Source: a virus
IMG/VR virus record: IMGVR_UViG_3300044995_000220
DNA: 34,780 nt
Strand: one strand, 5' to 3'
Part shown: positions 28,201-34,780 of the stretch, piece after piece
Layout of the letters: each line of letters starts with the position of its first letter
Numbering within the stretch: the stretch's first letter is position 1
Program-made: the position numbers and the translations under genes
Notes under the pieces: model-generated
What the model saw: the letters and a program-made list of their open reading frames with translations, nothing else
What the model was told of the DNA's origin: nothing
Databases searched by the model: none

Positions 28201-28471
28201 TTGATCCCGCACTTTGACCTGGGTAACCTCCGTCGAGCACGGTGACCGCGTCGCTACCTGTCGCGGGTGGCTGGTAGCCGGGGTATACACCGTTGCCGGC
28301 GCGTGCTTCTAGTTGTCCGTATGCTGACGGTAGAAGGATTGTTGCTGCGTCGTCGGGGTAGTCGAATAGATCGTACGCTGGACCCACGATAATGGTGTTG
28401 AGATCGGGGGTCTCTGGTGTTGCTTGTGGCGACGCGAGCTCCTGAAAAATCAGAACAAGGGGCCGTGCCAT
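25232..28471 (-). CDS. contractile tail sheath protein with multiple inserted domains
   Basis: MARP.V...Q N-terminus; YRALR, NPLA.G, HQLTTD...ELSVVKNVDF...PKPLN C-terminal sheath domain; GGAG SD. Confidence 0.9.
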   Translation of the reverse strand: MARPLVLIFQELASPQATPETPDLNTIIVGPAYDLFDYPDDAATILLPSAYGQLEARAGNGVYPGYQPPATGSDAVTVLDGGYPGQSAGSKVDHTSVKVVLRLPRVVLGSTYLSASVAPVFGNSVTTTTADRTLVTITGPATTDFVAAGVQPGDRVILTSSQAGVEQTVVRVVQSVGEPNGAGLVTPGNENKLRLTQQLPDAGPGQGQWTYDANGEIRIERTLPTQALLDPTNSIVTFPESGSDKLVIKGGIRLPVALTPVPTVSVPTPITTTVTRTLSYAEIYLAYRALRQDLQEVGSVTARDIRVVGGVPTLVGLGKIDARNPLAVGVFLALQNGGTVPIYYFGVASDDAAGHAFARKALATRRDLYCFVPLTQDLNIIAAYKAEFDQMADPNFALTNGVLQKFRIVLGSVPLPTTKTIYSGSISGVAQQPTGANTNRFRTVSIAATSTGAIDVRTVLPGDSVTFGLTPSSAEWQNRRGTHTISHVNSSKDYPNPGDPSAFEIVPSSSRWDDSTGAAPGDIELLIRAPDSTVKVANLARVDISTGSGATLGVVHYAMKNPTTVGGPYTIRYAASPGLPTVTVTITGFSITVTVNGTTHTHTDIVNAVNTHPVVSSLLLASVQTGGGQIVDPASQATRDVIPGQIGATASIVAGAGPGQMRVTGLSGMTAVSVGNYLTISGADSAANNGTFLIAAYIDANTVDVVNAAAVIPDANNGAISWTERRPYTSIVPEAGSCTASIVLNDDLFNRLEDSSATFLSSGVLPGDTIEFPLDPNNYGPTAFEGRVLSYKISTVQNENRLLIANGEDDTGSVAKELPHYFARDLPNRFIDNTPPNAQHYRILRTLSQDDQILALVTVAQSVRSKRLTIVWPDQVEVADLRDGSLPRAVPTTRTLAGIQPSYYLACAVGGVIAGIPPQAGLTNGSFIGFTKLMHAQGYFTEPQLSRLSDGGLFVCVQRTPNALPECIHQLTTDPTAIEVGELSVVKNVDFLSKFFQEILESFIGQYNVLPETINEISRAISDAAEQLKSRRIARFGPPLLEGTITSIGVSEFSADRIELFFSGKVPKPLNTVAFHLVV

Positions 28472-28525
28472 GTGGTATTTTCTCCGGTGTCAGTTGAAAG
28501 ATAAGCGCTTTTTACGGTGTGTAGA

Positions 28526-29233
28526 TCATCTTGCGTTTTTTAGATCTATAGCGCGTAGTGATTGCTCTTCGCTGTTACCAAATCGCATTTTTGCAGCGAT
28601 TTCCTTGAGTAGTGGAGCAATAGGTCTGGTTCGCCAGGCAAATTTGATCATTGCGGACATTGTGACTGTAGTTACCCATGTTTCGACATGGCTACTTGAT
28701 GGTCGATAGGGTTGTGTGTCACTGAGCGTAGGTGCCGATAGGTCATGGATACTAAATATTTGTCGGATATGGTTTTTTGATCCAAGGAAGAACATGAATA
28801 CTAAATCGGCCAATGTGGCGCTGGTTCCTCGATTGTTGGCAATGCAGAGTACTGAGATCGGCACATTGGCCCACGCGATGAATAGTTCTGTCATAGTTGT
28901 GCGATCAATGTCTGCGCGATCGCCAACGATAACTTGCTGTGGTTGTGTTATACCTTTTTCGACGAGCAATGCGGGCTTGCGATCACGTGCGTCGGGCTCG
29001 GCGGTAAATTGGCTTTCGATATAAATTCGCGTTTGACCACTTTGAGGATTTAGTGGTTGAGCGTCGGGCGCCCATACATAAGGGCTATTTTCATCTAAGA
29101 CATTGCTGCCGCTGAAGCGAGCCTGAAGGCAATGAGTGAATACCGCAACGAGCGCCATTGGCGATCCTGGGAAAATGTCTGGATGCTGATCATCTACGCG
29201 TGCGGTGCCAAAGAAGGGTCGAACGATAGACAT
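28526..29233 (-). CDS. tail completion/terminator-like protein
   Basis: directly upstream of the sheath; PALLVEKG alpha/beta pattern; mainly positional. Confidence 0.55.
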   Translation of the reverse strand: MSIVRPFFGTARVDDQHPDIFPGSPMALVAVFTHCLQARFSGSNVLDENSPYVWAPDAQPLNPQSGQTRIYIESQFTAEPDARDRKPALLVEKGITQPQQVIVGDRADIDRTTMTELFIAWANVPISVLCIANNRGTSATLADLVFMFFLGSKNHIRQIFSIHDLSAPTLSDTQPYRPSSSHVETWVTTVTMSAMIKFAWRTRPIAPLLKEIAAKMRFGNSEEQSLRAIDLKNAR

Positions 29234-29247
29234 TGAGTTACAATGTG

Positions 29248-30072
29248 TCAGTACAGTGGTTCGATGGTGTTGGGATTTAATGGATATCGGTAGAGTATGT
29301 TATCGTGTGGTAATTCTTGACACGATATTTCTTGGTGAACGCTATTGAGCTGTATTTGTGTTTCGAGTTGTTGGTCAATCCGAAATCTACGATTATCAGA
29401 CAGCCGTACGAGGATATCGTCTTGCTCTAACGTTGGGTAATCTGGGAGCCAAAATGTGCATTCATTGGAATCGGTTTTTTGATTTGGTCCAATAGTTGAT
29501 GCGTTATTTGATGCGCTGCTGCGAGCGTATGTAATAAAAGGCGTCCAATATCCGCCGATAAAACCGGTGCCCCAGCATTCTACACAGTTTGGGCGTACGA
29601 CTTCTTTGGTTCGCTTATCGGTGCACTTTAGACAACGTACGCCCCATCTACGTTTCTTGAGAAGCACAACGCGTAAGCCATTGAATTTCAATGTCAATCG
29701 AAAATCGCGCTGCGTTTTGCGCAGGTATTGGGACATTTTGCGGTCAGCGAAGATTGGTCCAGTCTCGTCTTTCCCTTCTAATAGTGCACCTGAAGGTAAT
29801 TGGCAGATGATTCGGTAATGTACTTCTTGAAACAGGCGTAAGGAGTTTGGTTGAAGTACATCTAGTGTTGACGTTATATCATTGAATTTGTCGTTGTAGG
29901 CGTATTGGTCTTTACCTTCGAAAATTTGTTCCCATGGTCCTTCAGGGCCACCACTTCGATACAGCGTAAATTTAAAAACGCCGCTTTCGCTTGGCGTGAC
30001 GTTGTTGATTGTCCATTGTACAAAGTATCCGTACGGAAATAGAGCACTGAAGCGTGTGAACCGTAGGTTCAT
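29248..30072 (-). CDS. neck/head-closure protein with Zn finger
   Basis: CLKC...CVECWGTGFIGGY; P.LEQDDILV...RF; lies between capsid and tail genes. Confidence 0.6.
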   Translation of the reverse strand: MNLRFTRFSALFPYGYFVQWTINNVTPSESGVFKFTLYRSGGPEGPWEQIFEGKDQYAYNDKFNDITSTLDVLQPNSLRLFQEVHYRIICQLPSGALLEGKDETGPIFADRKMSQYLRKTQRDFRLTLKFNGLRVVLLKKRRWGVRCLKCTDKRTKEVVRPNCVECWGTGFIGGYWTPFITYARSSASNNASTIGPNQKTDSNECTFWLPDYPTLEQDDILVRLSDNRRFRIDQQLETQIQLNSVHQEISCQELPHDNILYRYPLNPNTIEPLY

Positions 30073-30743
30073 GGTTGTGGGGGCTCTATTGGAGATTCTT
30101 GAGTATCGTTGGTTTGTTCGGCGATTTGATCGAATGCTCGTCGCATTGCGTAGCGCTTAGTTTCTTGCGATCCGGTGAGTTCATGGGCGAGATTCCATGC
30201 TCGGGATTCTGGTGGACGCGGATCAATTTGATCAGTGTCAAATTTTCCTTCGGCTAGCGGTGTGACGTTTGTTTCTGGTGCGGCTGCATCTTTGACGAGT
30301 GTACTAAGGTTAACGCCGTTTGGGCGCATTTCGGGTCCTAGTACTGTCGCTAGTACAGGGTGTTTACGGTTCGGTACGCCTTTGAATTGTGCGTAGCCAA
30401 GTATCGTTCCGTCACGTCCACGAAGTGGCACGTAGTAGCTTCCTGGGGGTAAGCCCATCATGTCGACGGCGCGCTGGAGTGGGCGTACATTGTCTCGTGA
30501 AAACGGCGTGCGCTCTTCCATACGATCGTGAGCATGGGCGGCTCCCTTTACGGCGTATGGAGGGCCTTCGTCGTAGGGACGATCATACCAATTGAAGAAG
30601 TCGTTGGCGTCAAACGATGCTCCGACTTCTAACGGTACTTGTTCTTCTCGTGATGCACCGTTGGCACGGCTTGCTGGGTAAGCAACGCCGGTGCCTTCGG
30701 ATAAAGGTATAAGGTGGCTTAGTCGGCGCTCGGTTGGCGTCAT
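30069..30743 (-). CDS. putative head-cargo protein with a central BECR/RelE-like domain
   Basis: HAHDRMEERT...VLATVL bracketed by VKGA and VKDA. Confidence 0.45.
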   Translation of the reverse strand: MTPTERRLSHLIPLSEGTGVAYPASRANGASREEQVPLEVGASFDANDFFNWYDRPYDEGPPYAVKGAAHAHDRMEERTPFSRDNVRPLQRAVDMMGLPPGSYYVPLRGRDGTILGYAQFKGVPNRKHPVLATVLGPEMRPNGVNLSTLVKDAAAPETNVTPLAEGKFDTDQIDPRPPESRAWNLAHELTGSQETKRYAMRRAFDQIAEQTNDTQESPIEPPQP

Positions 30744-31129
30744 TGTGTTATTGGCATTGTGCGTTGTTTGCCTTCTTGAAATTTTTCTTCTGAGGAGCGT
30801 TGAGCTGCTGACGCAGAATTTTCGAGGAATGTGTCTTGGTAGTCACCAGGCCAAGGTATGCGTTCTGGACCTCCTTTTATAACCTCCCGTTTGAATTTGG
30901 TTGTATTAGATGCCTTCGGTGATTTTGGTTTTGGTACAGTGTGGGAGGTAGGCATTGCGTTAAATGCGTGACCATTGGCACCGCTTTCTGCTTTTTTTTC
31001 TGCTCTCTCAGGTAATTTTTTACCGCGCGATGCTTCGTCAAACTCCCGTACCATAGCGGGAGTAATACCGTGCTTACGCGCGGTAGCAGTGTGGAAAAAT
31101 CGTCGCTGGCGTTCAGAGACGTAGGGCAT
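30740..31129 (-). CDS. small basic phage protein (MP..S..Q.R...LPE type)
   Basis: MPYVSERQRRFF...KKLPERAEKKA, then a disordered tail. Confidence 0.6.
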   Translation of the reverse strand: MPYVSERQRRFFHTATARKHGITPAMVREFDEASRGKKLPERAEKKAESGANGHAFNAMPTSHTVPKPKSPKASNTTKFKREVIKGGPERIPWPGDYQDTFLENSASAAQRSSEEKFQEGKQRTMPITQ

Positions 31130-31167
31130 ACTAAAAGGATAGTCCTACGCCCTCAGCGACTTAGGTG

Positions 31168-32091
31168 TCAAATTGAGGAGGGAAGTTGGTCGAATACCAA
31201 CTGCTGCATTGACTCGGCGTTGCCGATGCCAATTCCGGGCGCTGCGTAGGAGAAGAATGTAATGATGTCTGCGCGTTGCTCAATGAAGAGCGTCGCGTCC
31301 TGGAGAAGGAAGAAGTTTCCCAGGAAGTTCTGTGGACTGAAGATCCAACACTCGCGTGGGTTATAGATGTCCGTTTTCGCAGTTGTGATTACTGGAATGC
31401 CCCAGAGACGCTCTTCTTTGTCGATGCCTTCTTCATAATGTTTGCGTGCGATTGAGTCTCCGATAAGTGTCGCTGGAAGATTCATCGCTTCGCGGTACAG
31501 CGAAAGGGTCATCAGCATTTTTCCAATGGGGCGGCGACGGTTATCCATCGCTTGAAACCCCTTTACAAATGCACCGTTTGTAAACGCGCTTACGTGCGTA
31601 CGTTGATTCGCCGCATTGCGGTTTACGAGTGTGAGGCATGTACGACGGAAGTACAGATCTTCTTGGTCAGCGAGATCCTTTACAGAGTTGTCTGCAAGGA
31701 TTTTTCGAATGTCGTTTTGATACGTCATCAGTTTGAACTTCGACTTCGTGAACAGATCACTTTGTGTTTTGCCGAAGTAAACTGCGTATCTCTTGCCTCT
31801 AAACCAACGTGCACGAGGTGTGCCGTCGAATTGTACGTATGTGGCCGCGGAATCGGGTTCTTTTTCTACGATTTTTCGCGGCTCATCTGAGTCAACGTCG
31901 CGGTCAAGTTCATCGTCTTGCAAGGGTTGCGGAGGCAAAATCATGCGAACCGCTGCTTCTTGACGGACGATGCTACGGATAAATGCTGTGCCAGCTTCTT
32001 CTGCGAGCTTAGTATTTCCAGAACTAAGCAGACTTACAAATTTTTGATTCAGTGCGGTCGCGTTGGCCTGGACCGTTTCAGTGTTGTACAT
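31168..32091 (-). CDS. major capsid protein (HK97-fold inferred)
   Basis: 307 aa; GGGAG SD; R.ILPP, EKEPDS, K..L.TY..DIR..L.DNSVKD...ED; lies after scaffold/decoration genes and before neck genes. Confidence 0.85.
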   Translation of the reverse strand: MYNTETVQANATALNQKFVSLLSSGNTKLAEEAGTAFIRSIVRQEAAVRMILPPQPLQDDELDRDVDSDEPRKIVEKEPDSAATYVQFDGTPRARWFRGKRYAVYFGKTQSDLFTKSKFKLMTYQNDIRKILADNSVKDLADQEDLYFRRTCLTLVNRNAANQRTHVSAFTNGAFVKGFQAMDNRRRPIGKMLMTLSLYREAMNLPATLIGDSIARKHYEEGIDKEERLWGIPVITTAKTDIYNPRECWIFSPQNFLGNFFLLQDATLFIEQRADIITFFSYAAPGIGIGNAESMQQLVFDQLPSSI

Positions 32092-32149
32092 TGTTTTCTC
32101 CCGATCTCGTTGTAAAGGTTAGTGTTTTTAGTTTTTGGTTGGTTATTGA

Positions 32150-32668
32150 TTAGCCGCGCAGCCCAAAAAACAGCACATGAAGTACTCCATTTGAGAGCCC
32201 GCGATTACCAACAAAGCCAACCACTTGTAGACCCGAGGCCGGGTTGGTTTTGGCTTCGAACTTTCCGGCGTTCGCTACAAGAGGTGTGCCGGGAGGGAAA
32301 CTTGCTCCATTGAATTGATCTGTGAGAAACTCGGCGTAACCGCATAGCACGACAAGCTTGCCGAGCATTGCTCCGTCGAAATCTTCGTCACCACCGTGCA
32401 CGAAGCCCATCGGAATAGGCAGTGCAGGTGCGGAGAGATCTGGAGATGTTGCAAGATCCCAGTACCCATTTGCATTGAGGGCTACGCAAGATCCAGGCAA
32501 AATCGTACCTGGTTGTGGGGTGCCTTGTGCGTCTGGTGTAGTAACACCGGCACCTGCGTTAATTGCATTAGCGGCTTCTTGCGCGAGTGCATCTGCGATC
32601 CACAGAGCGGCGCGGCCGCCTGGATTCGGTTCGGCGGAGATCAAATCGTAATTTGAGTTGAGTTTCAT
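32150..32668 (-). CDS. capsid decoration/cement protein
   Basis: immediately upstream of the MCP; Gly-rich beta pattern GKLVVLCGYAEFLTDQF...PGTPL...G...VGFV. Confidence 0.6.
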   Translation of the reverse strand: MKLNSNYDLISAEPNPGGRAALWIADALAQEAANAINAGAGVTTPDAQGTPQPGTILPGSCVALNANGYWDLATSPDLSAPALPIPMGFVHGGDEDFDGAMLGKLVVLCGYAEFLTDQFNGASFPPGTPLVANAGKFEAKTNPASGLQVVGFVGNRGLSNGVLHVLFFGLRG

Positions 32669-32727
32669 GAGATCAGTACCTCTTATAAGATGTTAGGCGT
32701 CGCGAATGGGCGGCGTAAATTGTCGTT

Positions 32728-33117
32728 TTAGTCAATGTCCCCGTTGAAAATAGCGTCTTCAAATGCGTCCCAAGCGAGTTTGATTGCCTCTTCAGAATTC
32801 ATAGGAGTGACATTAGTAGAATGTCTGTCACTTGGTGAGCCGAGGGGTGTCGGCCGTTCAAATGAGGCGTTTTTAAGCATTTTGTCGAACACCATTTGCA
32901 ATTCTGGGTCGTCGGCAGCTGCTAATTTGTCGCGCACTCCATCAGGGAGCTCCTCTCCTGTGTGGCGGCGGTACAATTCACTTATGAGGTCTACACTGCT
33001 TGCTGTTTTAGTGGTTTGTGTGTGCGTTACAGCCACAGGTGCAGCTGATATTTGTGCATCTAAGTCTTCAGCGAGCAGTTCAAGAGCAGTAGCAATTTTG
33101 CTGAGCGCAGTGGTCAT
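32728..33117 (-). CDS. scaffold/prohead core-like protein
   Basis: acidic and helical; 5 of 6 Lys in K-x-A; C-terminal hydrophobic helix. Confidence 0.55.
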   Translation of the reverse strand: MTTALSKIATALELLAEDLDAQISAAPVAVTHTQTTKTASSVDLISELYRRHTGEELPDGVRDKLAAADDPELQMVFDKMLKNASFERPTPLGSPSDRHSTNVTPMNSEEAIKLAWDAFEDAIFNGDID

Positions 33118-33494
33118 GGCGATGAGACCTGTTCGCGAAGGAGTGTAAGACCTCGTATGGCACGCAAAGCGAGGGCAGATTTTTCAAAAAGTTTTACAGC
33201 ACGCAAATCTTCTGTAGTTCGAATGGCGTGCGCTAATTTGCGCAGCAGTGCACCAGGATGGTCGCTGTCTTCTGGTATTTCTTGTAGAGAGGGTCTGGGA
33301 GGTGGCGATCGAAACCCCGCTGTCTTTACGGCGTTTAGACTTTGCCATGTAATTGTGGGCTCGGGTAGTTCGCGTAGCGCATTTGCTAGGGCACGGATTT
33401 GCTCTGCGGGTGTTTCCGGTACTGTGCTGGCAATTTTGGGTTTACGGACGGTCGTCCGAGGTAGTGTGCGAAGTGCTTCTTCGAGAGTTGGCAT
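33114..33494 (-). CDS. prohead core-like protein
   Basis: 4 of 6 Lys in K-x-A; coupled within the head operon. Confidence 0.5.
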   Translation of the reverse strand: MPTLEEALRTLPRTTVRKPKIASTVPETPAEQIRALANALRELPEPTITWQSLNAVKTAGFRSPPPRPSLQEIPEDSDHPGALLRKLAHAIRTTEDLRAVKLFEKSALALRAIRGLTLLREQVSSP

Positions 33495-33683
33495 TTATGG
33501 TTCCACGAGGTGACGAAGAAGAGTGTGGTCAAAGTCTACGCATTCCGAAGCGTGCTTTACTCCATTGAGCGCAGCACTCGCTTCATAGAAATATTCTGCG
33601 ACTTTTGGGGCAGCAATTTCATATGCTTCTTTTCGCAGAATTCGGTAGGTTTCGATTAGCTCTTGACGACGTTCAGGGCTCAT
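33495..33683 (-). CDS. small prohead core-like protein
   Basis: 3 of 3 Lys in K-x-A; ATGA coupling. Confidence 0.5.
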   Translation of the reverse strand: MSPERRQELIETYRILRKEAYEIAAPKVAEYFYEASAALNGVKHASECVDFDHTLLRHLVEP

Positions 33684-34231
33684 TCGTCACTCACCAACAA
33701 TTGGCCGATTTCATAGCCGTGGGCATAGTGCTCAGCAGCTTTGATTTGGATGAGCTGTTCTAGCTCAGCAGCTTCCTGCTCCTCGGCTTCTTTAAGCAGT
33801 GAGTCTTCATATTCAGCTTCTCTTTGCACACGAGCGAGAAAAGCTCGCGGGTTAATTTGCGCCTCTTTCACGAGAGCCACTAGTTCTGGGTCGAACAGCG
33901 CTTCTTTCGCGATCTTTTCGCTCTGCTGTTCGGCGAGGCTTTCGGCAACTTTTTCGTACATGCCGAGCTGCGACATAAATCCGTCGGCAATAGCAGCACC
34001 GTAAAGTTGCGCTGTTTTCAGTGAACTCTCCATATCTTGGGCTGCAAGCTCTGCTGCGAGCTTATCGAACATGGGAGCTGTTACGCCTGCTGGATTAGCT
34101 GCGCTTGCTGTCTTTTCTGATAGTTGCGTGACGGATTCCAGGGCGTCGGCTACGGCGCTGGCTGTTTTGGTATTGCGATTGCTGCTGGCGGTTTTCGTCA
34201 TTTTCTTGCTGAGCATATCTTCGAGATTCAT
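33680..34231 (-). CDS. scaffold/prohead core-like protein
   Basis: AAGGAG SD; A/E-rich helical; 11 of 13 Lys in K-x-A. Confidence 0.6.
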   Translation of the reverse strand: MNLEDMLSKKMTKTASSNRNTKTASAVADALESVTQLSEKTASAANPAGVTAPMFDKLAAELAAQDMESSLKTAQLYGAAIADGFMSQLGMYEKVAESLAEQQSEKIAKEALFDPELVALVKEAQINPRAFLARVQREAEYEDSLLKEAEEQEAAELEQLIQIKAAEHYAHGYEIGQLLVSDE

Positions 34232-34255
34232 GTGGCTCTCCTTAGCATATATTAA

Positions 34256-34780
34256 TTAGTGCCAAACGTAGTGACTAATGTTTTTGACGAATTGTGCAAT
34301 GTTTAGACTCGGAGCGACGTGAACATCGTCGGCTTCGATTTCTGCACCTTCAACGAGCGCGGCGACTTTATCGGTTAGAGACGTTGTTACCAACCAACGA
34401 GTATATGCTACGCCGCCTGCGTTTGCGATTTTTGTGAGCAAAGCGTTGTAGTCGGCGTGCCCTACGCGTTCGACGAGATCGAATGCGGCTTTGTGCACGA
34501 CGTCTGCATACGTAGGACGCTCAAATGCCGATACTTTTACGAATTCGGTGCCTCCTGATACAGGTATACCTTGATCTGTAATATAGCGGCTATAGCGATA
34601 AGGTCGTGTGTGCTTTCGTAGTGCGCTTTGTGTTGCGTAACCTGCCATAATTCCAACTGGTACTGTCCATAGTCCTGCTTTAGATCCAAGTAAAGCGTGC
34701 AAACCGGCGGTATAGAGTGCGCCAAGCAGCGCTGTTGCACCGAGTCGCGCTTTTATGTCTTCGTTGTGTGCAGCTATTGC
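34256..34780 (-). CDS. C-terminal part of a head-morphogenesis protein running off the window (possibly the prohead protease)
   Basis: frame is open to the window edge (AIAAHNEDIKARLGATALLG...); HKAA, TKIA, DKVA; protease call is positional only. Confidence 0.45.
   Translation of the reverse strand, partial: AIAAHNEDIKARLGATALLGALYTAGLHALLGSKAGLWTVPVGIMAGYATQSALRKHTRPYRYSRYITDQGIPVSGGTEFVKVSAFERPTYADVVHKAAFDLVERVGHADYNALLTKIANAGGVAYTRWLVTTSLTDKVAALVEGAEIEADDVHVAPSLNIAQFVKNISHYVWH

Noticed and set aside
21066-30072. Extracellular contractile injection system, tailocin or T6SS interpretation
   Set aside because: Capsid, decoration, scaffold-like and neck genes are contiguous with the sheath, tube and spike, so this is a phage virion module.
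1-34780. Stop-codon reassignment
   Set aside because: Genes tile densely in the standard code with TAA, TGA and TAG stops; the only broken gene is explained by a homopolymer frameshift.

Overview
This window is the virion morphogenesis region of a large contractile-tailed (myovirus-like) dsDNA phage, read in the standard genetic code. All protein calls come from motif recognition and gene context; no database search was run. The minus strand from 34780 to 18129 carries, in order: head scaffold/core-like proteins, a probable decoration protein, the major capsid protein, probable head-cargo proteins, neck and tail-completion proteins, a 1079-aa tail sheath, tail tube, a gp5/VgrG-like spike and baseplate-type proteins. 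The left half has fibre or appendage-like genes, a head-tail adaptor, an amidase endolysin, a holin candidate, an HNH nuclease, an ATP-grasp enzyme and an orphan HTH gene. It also has an island of non-structural genes with strong Shine-Dalgarno (SD) sites at 4906-7761. No portal, terminase, tape measure, tRNA, CRISPR array or integrase was recognised. Main observations: (1) K-x-A tripeptides are extremely enriched in head-associated proteins (11 of 13 lysines in one protein), suggesting a prohead-protease cleavage or cargo-tagging system; two such sites bracket a putative BECR/RelE-like nuclease domain; (2) an ATP-grasp ligase with hydrophobic ends lies among these genes; (3) a G8 tract splits a 40-aa-repeat fibre-like gene where G7 would restore the repeat register; (4) about 13 genes have TAnnnT 5-7 nt before the start codon, mostly without an SD, suggesting leaderless transcripts; (5) two SD-led membrane micro-proteins were missed by the ORF track.
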